Source of the DNA: Selaginella moellendorffii
Lineage: Eukaryota; Plantae; Lycopodiophyta
DNA: 64,000 bases
Reading direction: 5' to 3'
NCBI RefSeq assembly: GCF_000143415.4
Contig: NW_003314271.1
Location: 1,532,092 to 1,596,091, forward strand
Under the pieces are notes generated by a model. That model was not told where the DNA came from. It saw only the letters and a program-made list of their open reading frames with translations, and did no database searches. This document shows positions 48,253 through 59,780 of this stretch, piece by piece. Position 1 is the first letter of the stretch. Each line of letters begins with the position of its first letter. Made by a program: the position numbers and the translations under genes.

Positions 48253-50177
48253 ACACAAGTCTTGGTTGGATAGATGGACTTTGGTAATAGAGTTTGTGTA
48301 GCTTACCTCTTCCTATATGAGATTCATGAGTGATCTTGGACGAAAATTTACAACACACACACACACACACACACGGGGAGCTAGCGCGGTAATGGAGCCG
48401 AGGCTACCACAACCGGGGTGGCCCTCAGGCTTCTTTTCTTGCGAAAAAGAGCCTTCTGCGTCAATTTTTCTGGAGTGAGATGGCCTTTGCTCGGCTCTGT
48501 CGACGTAGAGATGTCCATATGATCTTTTCCGGCATGCTGCCAACCACTGAGTTTTCATCAGCTTCGATAACCGGCCATCAACCATTGCATAGAGATGATC
48601 CTTCTCGTGCTGGACGCTGTGATCAACGACTGAGGTCTTGTCCAGGCAACCGCCGACAATGTCGTTTGGCCTGCTACCGTCCAAGAGCATGCACTCAAAA
48701 TGGCCCAGGCTCCAAGCATCGAGTTCCAGTAAACCTCTGGGATGCTGTCAAACACAAGGTCAACGATCATCGTGTTCCAAGCAAGCAGGCTCACAGCAAG
48801 AGCTTGCCCATCAAAGACAAAATGCCTGAGCTGAGGGGGGCATTTGCTCCATATCAATTCTGGACCAATTGTAAACTCGGGACATGTGCTCTGTGCTTCT
48901 ACAGCATTCTAGAGTGGGGAACTAAGCGCATACTTGAAGCTGTACAGCAAGATCTTGTTACGATGTATGGAGTTTCTCATCCAAATGTGGTGGCCCTTGC
49001 TTCCCAACACCCCAACTGGTCACTTGAAGAATACTTTGCGAAAACCAGAATGCAAGATGTTAAAAGGAGTTCACGAGATTCTCATCAATGGAAATTCTCC
49101 AGCAAACCAAGAGGAAGCCGCAAAGGTTTTGGAGTTTCTCTATGGCCATTGGTCCACTGCAATTTGTGGGGAGAACCTACGATCCAAACTAATCATGTTG
49201 AAACGGCTACGATTCTACAGACTCTTGTTTGCTCATTGTGTGGAAGCCTTGGAAGGCTGTGGAAACACAAGTTCTTTTTTTTATAACATCAAACCAGAGC
49301 ATGCTAGGGTGGGAAAGGATGCACTTAAAGAGATTGAGCACTGGGAATCCCATGGTAAACTTCCAAAGGAAGTTCGGGGATTGGCGGAGGCCTATTGCAA
49401 GATCTGTCAAGTGATGGGCAAGCACTTGCTGTGAGCCTGCTTGCTTGGAACACGATGATCGTTGGAGAAGAACATCGTCTCCTGCGTCAACGTCGACCGA
49501 GCACTGCCCCTGTGCCCGAGCGTAAAGCTTCGAAACCAAGATCTTGGTTTACTGGAACTCGATGCTTGGAGCCTGGGCCATTTCGAGTGCATGCTCTTGG
49601 ACGGTAGCAGGCCAAACGACATTGTTGGCGGTTGCCTGTACAAGACCTCAGTCGTTGATCACAGTGTCCAGCACGAGAAGGATCATCTCTATGCAATGGT
49701 CGATGGCCGGTTATCGGAGCTGAGGAAAACTCAGTGGTTGGCAGCATGCCAGAAAAGATCATATGGACATCTCTACGTCGACAGAGCCGACCAAAGGCCA
49801 TCTCACTCCAGAAAAATTGACGCAGAAGGCTCTTTTTCGCAAGAAAAGAAGCCTGAGGGCCACCCCGGTTGTGGTAGCCTCGGCTCCATTACCGCGCTAG
49901 CTCCCCGTGTGTGTGTGTGTGTGTGTGTGTTGTAAATTTTCGTCCAAGATCACTCATGAATCTAATATGGGAAGAGGTAAGCTACACAAACTCTATTACC
50001 AAAGTCCATCTATCCAACCAAGACTTGTGCTCATTCAGTGTTACGGTCATATGCTCGTCTTCTCTTGGGATTCACCTTGAATCTGAGCTCACCGTACCGC
50101 TTGATCAGCTCCTCCACACCCCCCACTTGAAAGTTGAAGAGATCCACGCACGCATTCCCTGGCCAAGCGGAAATCTT
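48106..50177. repeat. Large inverted repeat: arms ~48106-48813 and ~49412-50177, spacer ~600 bp
   Basis: Arms are reverse complements, including (AC)n at 48353-48374 and (GT)n at 49907-49930. Confidence 0.9.
48814..49935 (+). pseudogene. Gene W 3' region (blocks Z-Y), frameshifted
   Basis: ORF pieces 48934-49434 and 49462-49935; block Z is homologous to 22873-23445. Confidence 0.4.
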
Positions 50178-50936
50178 GTTGAAGCCGCCACACGCCGCGA
50201 TCATCTTTCCCGCTTCCAGCTGCACGACAAGTTCGTCATACTTCTGCTGATCAAAAGGACCACAGTTTTCATTGAAAACAACATCCGGCGTGCTCAGGTT
50301 CTTGTCCACCAGCGGCTCATACTCGCAGCACCTGAAATCGAACAACTCCTCCCACTCGTGCGCCAGCACCCGCGCATCAAACACCAGCCGCGCCTGCATG
50401 TCCAGCGACACAACACCACCGAACAGGTCCCGCTCCACCCAAGAAACCAGCTCTTGCCGAAACTTTCGCGATCCCGGGCCACGCCCTCGGATCTCACGGG
50501 GTATGCTGGGCTTGGCCCTGATGTACTTGATCAGAGGCGGGCTAAGCAACGGCATCTCCTGCTGCTGCTGCTGCTGCTGGAGCTCTTCCTGGACTGCCTC
50601 TATCGATGTCGGCCTCCTCTTGTAGCTGTCGACGCAAAGGCGAACGTTGGTGTAAGTGAGGTCGTCACTCCAAATACCGTAGTAGCACAACTCGTCGTCG
50701 CTTAGGTACGACGGCCTCTCCCGGACAATGGCGTTGGCGGCGGCGTATTCTCTCACATTGGCCTGCTTGCAGGCATTGCTCCACACCCGCTGGATCCTGT
50801 GTTCTAACCTGCACAGAGCGAAGTCCACAACGCCGTAGAAGGCCGAGTACTGCCACTGCCTGTGACCCAGATTGTCGAAAACTTGACCCAAAATCACAGA
50901 CTCATCCCAGAGCTTTCTCCTGAGTTGTGCCGCCAT
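50031..50936 (-). CDS. Gene X, intact 301-aa paralogue (polyQ7)
   Basis: Full ORF colinear with 30522-31430; same upstream TATA block at 50995-51030. Confidence 0.75.
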   Translation of the reverse strand: MAAQLRRKLWDESVILGQVFDNLGHRQWQYSAFYGVVDFALCRLEHRIQRVWSNACKQANVREYAAANAIVRERPSYLSDDELCYYGIWSDDLTYTNVRLCVDSYKRRPTSIEAVQEELQQQQQQQEMPLLSPPLIKYIRAKPSIPREIRGRGPGSRKFRQELVSWVERDLFGGVVSLDMQARLVFDARVLAHEWEELFDFRCCEYEPLVDKNLSTPDVVFNENCGPFDQQKYDELVVQLEAGKMIAACGGFNKISAWPGNACVDLFNFQVGGVEELIKRYGELRFKVNPKRRRAYDRNTE

Positions 50937-51430
50937 ATCCTAGGGCACGATGCTTTGTGAGTTTAGCTAAAAAGGATTAATCATAGCTTTTTCCTATATA
51001 AAACCTAGTATTTCCCCAGCAAATGCTGGGCAGTTTGTGTTGTTTAGTTTGCATTTGTTTTTCTTTTCCTGCTGAATAGCAAGGGAAAAGCTATTGGTGA
51101 GATCTTCCACAAAAAAGACCCAGATTGTCCAGTACTAGATCCAAAATCGCAGACTCATCCAACGTTCTCCTGAGCTGTGCTTTAGGGCACGATGCTCAAA
51201 GATTAGTCGTTGTGATTAAGTATGTTTAGTTATGTAGTATTAATTAACTTAAAGAGCCCTAAGTAGAAAAGCTTAGAGAGATTTTAATTTGATTTTTTTT
51301 TCATACCAGCATAGAAACGAAAAGGAAAGCTTTAGAATTTCTGCAAACCGACAAGTCACGCTCTTGGCCATTTCAACGATTTAAATGTGTGGTTGTGAGA
51401 CCGGAAGGCCATCCACCTAGCACCGAAAGA

Positions 51431-52417
51431 ATGGGCGACGAGGAGCGCAAGAGCTCCGGCAAGCAAATTGGAGGCTTTGTGTTTGCAGAGGATGGATCTT
51501 ACGTGCGCACTCCTCCACCAACAGGCCCTGCGGGGTTCTTTGCGGAGGTTCCAGCCAATCCCTCGTTCATTGACGGCGTGGCGAGCCGCGACGTGATTCT
51601 CGACAAGGATCGGGGACTGTGGGTGAGAGTTTTCCGTCCGGAAGAGCTGGAGAATCGCAGCACGCTGCCCATCGTCATCTTCTACCACGGGGGAGGATTC
51701 ATCTACATGAGCGCCGCGAATGCGATCGTTCACAGATTTTGCGAGACCCTGTCCAGGAAGCTGGGAGCGATCGTGGTGTCTGTGAATTACCGCCTAGCTC
51801 CGGAGCACAGGCTCCCGGCGGCCTACGACGATGGCTACGACGCCCTCAAATGGGTCCGAGGGATCGCCAAGAGCAGCAGCGATCAAGACGCTTTCGCTCA
51901 CGCGGATTTCTCCAAGATCTTCGTCATGGGCGACAGCGCCGGGGGAAATCTCGCAGCCCGAGTGGCATTGCGCGCTGCCCAGGATGGAATCCCGCTCGCC
52001 GGCCAGATCCTCCTCCAGCCCTTCTATGGAGGCACGTCCAGGACCGAGTCGGAGCTCAAGCTCGGGTCCTCCAATCCGATGATCACGCTCGACACCACCG
52101 ATTTCTGCTGGCTGGCGACGCTCCCCGAGGGCGCGGCCGACCGGGATCATCCATTTTGCAACCCGACGCTGGAATTGCCGGGAGATCTCGCGAGGTTGGG
52201 GGCCGGGGGACTGCCGAGAGCGCTAGTGGTGGTGGGCGGCAAGGATCTCCTCCACGATCGCCAGGTAGAGTTTGCAAGGATCTTGGAAGACGCTGGCAAT
52301 GCCATGAAGCTCATCGACTATGAAAACGCTTCCCATGGATTCTACGCCGTGGGGGACGCTAGCTGCCAGGAATACGTCCTTGTCTTGGACGAAATCGCTA
52401 GCTTCTTGCGAGAGTGA
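51431..52417 (+). CDS. Plant carboxylesterase (CXE), 328 aa
   Basis: First ATG at 51431; HGGGF, GDSAGG, GKDLL and HGFY all intact. Confidence 0.95.
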   Translation: MGDEERKSSGKQIGGFVFAEDGSYVRTPPPTGPAGFFAEVPANPSFIDGVASRDVILDKDRGLWVRVFRPEELENRSTLPIVIFYHGGGFIYMSAANAIVHRFCETLSRKLGAIVVSVNYRLAPEHRLPAAYDDGYDALKWVRGIAKSSSDQDAFAHADFSKIFVMGDSAGGNLAARVALRAAQDGIPLAGQILLQPFYGGTSRTESELKLGSSNPMITLDTTDFCWLATLPEGAADRDHPFCNPTLELPGDLARLGAGGLPRALVVVGGKDLLHDRQVEFARILEDAGNAMKLIDYENASHGFYAVGDASCQEYVLVLDEIASFLRE

Positions 52418-52704
52418 CCCCTGGCTAACCGCTGTGGACCCGCGTTGAATAAAGCTGACTCGGTTGACTTACGGGTTGCCTGGAGGTCAGAGGTCACGGT
52501 ACACAAGCTTTGGCAGCCATTCACGAGGATTGCATTTCTTCCTTTTGTCTTTGCGGTGTCATCAGGCAGCCTTTTCTCATTCCACTGCACATTCCCTTCC
52601 AACCGGTGATGGGTGCTGGATTGGATCCAAAAGAACAATGGTTGTAGTGGAACAATGGACCAACGGATTGATGCTCATCAAAGTTTATGAATCCAAACAA
52701 ATTA

Positions 52705-53455
52705 TTAGATGTTCTTGAGTGTGCACAGGATGCCCAAGAGGAAACTGGGCTCAAAGAAGCTCCCTCGTGATGTTCCGGTTTGCTGCTTTGGTGTTGTGAA
52801 CTCCATCCCAATTGAGATACGCAGATGGATTCTTACAAGTCGTTGACACCACCGTCTTCCCAGCCATCACTTTGCTCTGCCCACATTGCACCGCAAAGTT
52901 GTAGTTATGGTTCCCTCCAATCCCACAGCAGGCCTTGTTGGCAAACTGGAATCCTGTAAAGTCAACTATGGCCAGAAACACGTTGACCGGCTATGTTCTT
53001 GCTTGAGGGTGAGCGAGTATTTTATGTCGTAAGTGTTGATGTAGATTATAGTGCTGTCTGGGAGCTGGTTACGGAGGTTGCTCAAAGCCTACTTGAACAA
53101 TCAAGACTAGCAAAACAGAATGACATCTCATCTCATTTCATTGTAGTGCTGCGTGATTTGGTTGAATTCGATAGCACACCTGGCTTGATCGTAGCTCACT
53201 TGGAGAACTGGGAAGTTTGTGAGGAAGTATGGGGCCCAACGTCCGAGAGCAGGAATGTTCGTCCTCCCTCGGCATACACGCCCTGTGTAGATTCAATGCA
53301 AACACACAAAAGAGTAACGAATCACTGCCCGGAAAATGCCTTTAGCTGTTCATAGCTGAAGTCGTTCCCCCTGGGTTGGGGACATCACGATTGATCGATC
53401 GAGAGAAAAAATCACTACAATGCAGCTATCAATCTTGGAGAACGGAATGGAATGG
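52705..53455 (-). pseudogene. GDSL lipase 3' remnant (cassette unit 4)
   Basis: KACCGIGGNHNYNFAVQCG...WDGVH matches GDSL exon 5; exon 3/4 pieces deleted. Confidence 0.85.
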
Positions 53456-53459
53456 ATTC

Positions 53460-55950
53460 GTGGCGAAACTGGTTTGAGAGAGTTGACGTGTCACCGCCAG
53501 TCGCGGGCTCGCACTCCCGAAAATTCCAAACGCGTCGCGGTTCGAATCGCCTTCCTTGTAACCATCACTTTCTTGAGGTTTAGGGCTCTTAAGGCTCCCC
53601 CCAGCTCGCAAGCAGCAGCAGCTACCGATGATCCAATTCCAGCCGCCGCCTTCCGTTCCAAGACGAATCCACAAAAGGATCCACGCCCCAACGAAAACGG
53701 GTTTCTCGATTTTCTACTACCCCTCACCGCGTCAATCTCGTCTCGGGCGTTTTTGCCAGTGCGCTTTGGAGCGCTTGGAAGGCATCGAATCGAGCTGCCA
53801 TTGCTTGGCGTCATTGAAATGTTTTTTTGGCGCTTCTCTCAAGAACCCTAATATCTCTGGACGTGCAATCGGGTCGCGAATCGGGCCGCTGTACGAGCGG
53901 CAGGGCTAAGGCCGGTTCGCTGCGCAGCTCCGCCATTGTCATCCGGCACAGATTAAACGCGTACGTAGCAAGAAGAAGCAATGCTCCAAGCGTAGAAAAG
54001 GAAGATGACGAAGAGGAAGGGTAGCGGAGCTTTGAAAGTTTGCTTTGCGGGAGAAAGCCGCTCACGACATCCCTGGGTTCATCAAAGCCACCACAGCTCC
54101 CTCTTCGATTCTCCCAACTTTCTTTGTGCAATCCAACTCCCAAGCGTTGCTCCAACTCCAGAGAAAACGCGAGAGAAACCGCAGAGGAGGAGGCCGAAGA
54201 CGTAGCTCCGAAGCAGCGTGGACGCGGGGCATTTACATACGGAAGAGAAAGAGATGGATTCCACAGTGATCATACGACCGCCATGGACGATGAAACTCAC
54301 GAGGAGCTCACTACGTCTTCTGACGACATCGATGGAAAGTCCGGTAAGTTCGTCTCTCTTTGGATGATCAAATGTGGCGTGGTGATTCGCTGGGTAAATG
54401 GTAGTACCACTGCCTTGTCTGTTTATGGCAATCCAACAATCGGTTTGGCTAGACAAAGCAAACATCTTCACTGACGCTAATCTTTTTTTGCGCAGCGCCA
54501 GAGGCACTCGCAACCATCCATCGCCCATCTTGATTCAAGCGAAGTTCACGGCAGAGAGGTGTCCAGTTTTCTTTCTCTGGTTTCAAGCCCTTTTCCTGAT
54601 CGGCCACTCTTCGTACAGACTTGGAGCCTCCGACATCTGCCCAAGCTGCTCAACGCATATGATCGTCGTGACAGAGCACAGAACAAGGTGAGATTCACGG
54701 TCCAGGAGAAGAAGGAGCACAAGCAGCGGTTGCTGGCCAGAGAGAAGCTGCGAGAAGAAACCTGGGGAGGCGATTGAGCACTCACTATGAAGTAGCTCAT
54801 TGAAGAAACTTTTGTGGCCGATGAAGCGTCTTCTGGAAAGTCTCTAAGCCTTCTCGACTTCTGGCAAGCCTTGGATCTCTGGGACGGTGGAAATGGTGAT
54901 CCCGCAAACCAGTAGAACGTTTGCTGCAATCATCACCGCGTGGTTGAGGTTGGTTTGTTACCACGAAAAAACCCCTCTTATCAATGAGAAACCCATTGTT
55001 GCCTTTGCTAAAACACCTACTTTGCCAAGTCAATAGACATGAGGTTTTTGTTTGTCGGGTTTCTGGGCTTATGCCATGTTATGTTTGATTTTTTGCAAGA
55101 GCGTTCCATATTGCTGGATCTCTCATCCTAGCACCACTGTCAAGATGTTTCTTGCTTCGTCCTCCAGAGTGTGTTTCTCAAGTTGGCAAGTTGCTGGCTC
55201 TTAGCAATGCAAAGGCCAGACGGGTGCTAAGTATGTTTCCATATTGCACTACTCAAGCTTGGATGAGTCATATCTTTCTTAGCAAGGCCAATTCCTATCA
55301 TATTTGATGCAACAGGGGGCAAAAGTTTTCTTACGTGACTAGAGATGTTTTGCTAGATGAGAAAGCCTTCCTATGCCACTCAGATTTAACCTATTGTCTC
55401 ATCCATATCAATGTCAGAGCTTGGATTGCAGATGAAATCATAACAATAAATTTCTCCAATCCTTGGCTCCTCCTCTTCCTCTACCACTATTGTCACTACA
55501 GTAGCAATAGCAAACTTGGTGGAGTGACTAAGATTTTGTGACATGGATTACTCATGTATTTGGAAATGTCTAGAATGGGGATTTGCAAAATATGATTGAA
55601 AAACATGAGAATGACCAATTTCAAACCAATTCGGGTTTGGTTTTGTATGCTGCAGATACTAATTATACATAGCTATATTGAGTATATATGGGAGTTTTTA
55701 TTTGGCAATGAAAGAAAAAAGATCAAATAGCATGGAACACAATTGTGACTGTATTTGTCTAGGAAGGGCATTTTTGCAAAGCTGCAAAAGTTCAAGACAA
55801 AATACTTGAGATGAGATGGGCATTTACTCCATATTAATTCTAGATCAATTGTAAACTTGAGACATGTGCTTTATGCTTCTACAACATTCTAGAGTGGGGA
55901 ACTAAGTGCATATTTGAAGTTGTACAACAAGATCTTGTTAAGATGTATTT
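53460..55950 (+). pseudogene. Gene W region, longest copy; 3' half heavily C>T/G>A mutated
   Basis: Reverse complement of 23446-25770 continuing into block Z. Confidence 0.5.
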
Positions 55951-56280
55951 TGCTAGAGGATGAGAATCTCATGAATTCCGTGAACATCTTGCCTTTTGGT
56001 TTTTGCAAAGTATTCTCCAAGTGACTAGTTGGGGTCTCACCACTACATTTGAATGAGAAACTTTATACATCATAACAAAATGAATCGAAGAGAAGACGAT
56101 CATATGACCGCAACACCGAATGAACACAAGTCTTGGTTGGATAGATGGACTTTTGGTAATAGAGTTTGTGTAGCTTACCTCTTCCTATATGAGATTCATG
56201 AGTGATCTTGGACGAAAATATACAACACACACACACACACACACACACACGGAGCATGATGTCAGCCTTGGTTTACATTC

Positions 56281-57433
56281 ACAAGCAGCGGTTGCTGGCC
56301 AGAGAGAAGCTGTGAGAAGAAACCTGGGGAGGCGATTGAGCACTCACTATGAAGTAGCTCATTGAAGAAACTTTCATGGCTGATGAAGCATCTTCTGGAA
56401 AGTCTCTAAGCCTTCTCGACTTCTAGCAAGCCTTGGATCTCTGGGACGGTGGAAATGTTGATCCCGCAAAGACCAGTAGAACGTTTGCTGGTGGTGCCAT
56501 CGTCACCACGTGGTTGAGGTTGGTTTGTTACCACGAAAAAACCCCTCTTGTCAGTGAAAAACCCATTGTTGCCTTTGTTAAAATGCTTACTTTGCCAAGT
56601 TGATGGACTCGAGGCTTGTGCTCGTCCAGAGGATCTACAAGTTTTTTGGGCTCACACTATGCTGTGTTTGATTTTCCACAAGAGCATTCTATGTTGCCAA
56701 ATCTTTTATCTTAGCACCATTGTCAAGATCTCTCTTGCTTCACCCTCCAGAGTGCACTTCTCAAATTAGTAAGTCATTGGCTCTCAACAATGCAAATGCT
56801 AGAGGGATGTTAATTAAGTATGCTTCCACATTGCACTATTCAAATTTGGACGAGCTTCATCTCTCTTAACAAGGCCAACTCCTACTTTCTTGCGTGACCA
56901 GAAATGTTTTGCTGAACGAGGAACGTCCCCTATGCCACTTAGATCTAGCCCATCATCTTGTCCATGTCTGTGTCAGAGCTTGGATTACATAGCAACAGAT
57001 TTCTCTAGTCCCTAGCTCCTTTTCCTCTGCCACCATCATCACCACAACAGCAACAACAAATTTGGTGGAGTGACCAAGATTGTGTGACATGGATTACTTA
57101 TGTATTTGCAGATGTCTAGAATGGGGATCTACAAAATGGATGAAGAAAATGAGAATAACTAGTTTTAAACTTATTTGGGTTTGGTTTTGTGTGCTGCAGA
57201 CATTAGTTATGCATAGCCACGCATGGAAGTTTTTTCTAGCAATGGAAAAAAAAATAAAATTCAAACAATATGGAACACAATTGTGATTGCATTGCCCATG
57301 AAGGGCATTTCTATGAAGCTGCAAAAGTTCAAGACAAAATGCCTGAGCTAAAAGTGGCATTTGCTTCATATCAATTCAGAACCAATTGTAAACTCGGGAT
57401 ATGTGTTTTATGCTTCTACAGCATTCTAGAGTC
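56281..57433 (+). repeat. Direct duplication of ~54719-55893, preceded by an oppositely oriented gene X 3'-end/(CA)n fragment (56088-56251)
   Basis: ACAAGCAGCGGTTGCTGGCCAGAGAGAAGCTG start shared with 54719; colinear as far as CATTCTAGAGT. Confidence 0.8.
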
Positions 57434-57524
57434 TGCATGTTCATAGGTGTTGTTCTTTTTTTTCTTTTTACAAAAGCGTGAAAAATCAAGGACGAGCATC
57501 TTGTGAAGAACGCACTGAATCCTG

Positions 57525-58323
57525 TGATGAGCTCCTCCACGCCCCCACTTGAAAGTTGAAGAGATCCACGCACGCATTCCCCGGCCAAGTGGAAAGCTTG
57601 TTGAAGCCACCACACACCGCGATAATCTTTCCCGCTTCCAGATGCTCGACAAGTTCGTCATACTTCTTGTGATCAAAAGAACCACACGTTTCATCGAAAA
57701 CAACATCAGGCGTGCTCAGGTCCTTGTCCACCAGCTGTTCATACTTGCAGTACCTAAAACCGAACAGCGCCTGCCACTCGTGCTCCAGCATCCGCTCATC
57801 AAACACCAGCCGCGCCTGCATGTCCAGCGACCCAACACCACCGAACAGGTCCCGCTCCACCCAAGAAACCAGCTCTTGCCGAAACTTTCGCGACCCCGGG
57901 CCACGCCCTCGGATCTCACGGGGTATGCTTGGCTTGGCCCTGATGTACTTGATCAGAGGCGAGCTAAGCAACGGCATCTCCTGCTGCTGCTGGAGCTCTT
58001 CCTGGACTGCCTCTATCGATGTCGGCCTCCTCTTGTTAGCTGTCGACGCAAAGGCGAACGTTGGTGTACGTGAGGTCGTCGTCCCAAATACCGTAGTAGC
58101 ACAAGTTGTCGTCGCTTAGGTACGACGGCCTCTCGCGGACAATGGCCTTGGTGGCGGCATATTCACTCACATTGGCCTGATTGCAGGCATTGCTCCACAC
58201 CCGCTGGATCCTGTGTTCTAACCTGCACAGAGCGAAGTCCACAACGCCGTAGAAGGCCGAGTACTGCCACTGCACATTGTCGAGAACTTGACCCAAAATC
58301 ACAGACTCATCCAAGAGCACCAT
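57525..58323 (-). pseudogene. Gene X family copy 5 (frameshift near 58036, 3'-truncated, polyQ4)
   Basis: ORFs 58036-58323 and 57486-57977 align to the X protein. Confidence 0.85.
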
Positions 58324-58557
58324 ATCCGAGCTTTATAGTTACGGTATTAATTTAAATTATCGAGTTATAAATTAAATTAGTTTAGTTAAAAATTAATGTA
58401 TGTAGTATTAATTAAATTAAAGAGCCCTAAGACCTTTTAATTTGAATTTTTTTATACCAGCATAGAAACGAAAAGGAAAGCTTTAGAATTTCCGCCATTT
58501 CAACGATTTAAATGTGTGGTTATGAGACCGGAAGGCCACCCACCTAGCACCGAAAGA

Positions 58558-59529
58558 ATGGGCGACGAGGAGCGCAAGCAAATTGGAGGCTTTGTGTTTG
58601 TAGAGGATGGATCTTGCGTGCGCGCTCCTCCACCAACAGGCCCTGCGGGGTTCTTTGCGGAGGTTCCCGCCAATCCCGCGTTCATTGACGGCGTGGCGAG
58701 CCGCGACGTGATTCTCGACAAGGATCGGGGAATTTGAGTGAGAGTTTTCCGTCCGGAAGAGCTGGAGAATCGCACGCTGCCCATCGTGATCTTCTACCAC
58801 GGGGGAGGATTCATCTACGTGAGCGCCGCGAATGCGATCTTTCACAGTTTTGCGAGGCCCTGTCCAGGAAGCTGGAAGCGATCGTCATGTCTGTGAATTA
58901 CCGCCTAGCTCCGGAGCACAGGCTCCCGGCGGCCTACGACGATGGCTACGACGCCCTCAAATGGGTCCGAGGGATCGCCAAGAGCAGCAGCGATCAAGAC
59001 GATTTCGCTCACACGGATTTCTCCAAGATCTTCGTCATGGGCGACCGGGGGAAATCTCGCAGCCCGCGTGGCATTGCGCGCTGACCAGGATGGAATCCCA
59101 CTCACCGGCCAGATCCTCCTCCAGCCCTTTTATGGAGGCACGTCCAGGACCGACTCGGAGCTCAGGCTCGAGTCCTCCGAACCGATGCTCACGCTCGACA
59201 CCACCGAGTTTTGCTGGCTGGTGACGCTCCCCGAGGGCGCGGCCGACCGCGGCCATCCATTTTGCAACCCGACGCTGGAATTGCCGGGAGATCTCGCGAG
59301 ATTGGGGGCCAGGGGACTGCCGAGAGCGCTAGTGGTGGTGGGCGGCAAGGATCTCCTCCACGATCGCCAGGTAGAGTTTGCAAAGATCTTGAAAGACGCT
59401 GACAATGCCGTGAAGCTCATCAAGTATTCCCATGGATTTTACCTCGTGGGGGACGCTAGCTGCCAGGAATCCGTCCTTGTCTTGGACGAAATCGCTAGCT
59501 TTGTACCGCTGTTGACCATCGTTGAATAA
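58558..59529 (+). pseudogene. CXE pseudogene
   Basis: TGG>TGA at 58735-58737, frameshift near 58846, and a deletion removing the catalytic Ser of GDSAG near 59045. Confidence 0.9.
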
Positions 59530-59780
59530 TGTGGACTTGATTGACTGACGAGTTGACTGGCTGTCAGAGCTCACGGGATTGGATGTACACAAGGTTTGGC
59601 AGCCATTCACGAGGATGGCATTTCTTCCTTTTGTCTTTGCGGTGTCATCAGGCAGCCTTTTCTCATTCCACTGCGCATTCCCTTCCAACCTATAGTGCTT
59701 GATAGATGCTGGATTGGATCCAAAAGAACAATGGTTGTAGTGATCGATGTTCGTCAAAGTTTATGAATCCAAACAGATGA

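Noticed and set aside
19465-59529. Cassette as a Pack-MULE or Helitron-mobilised unit
   Set aside because: No TIRs, TSDs or Helitron termini found at unit borders; tandem duplication plus one inversion explains the layout.
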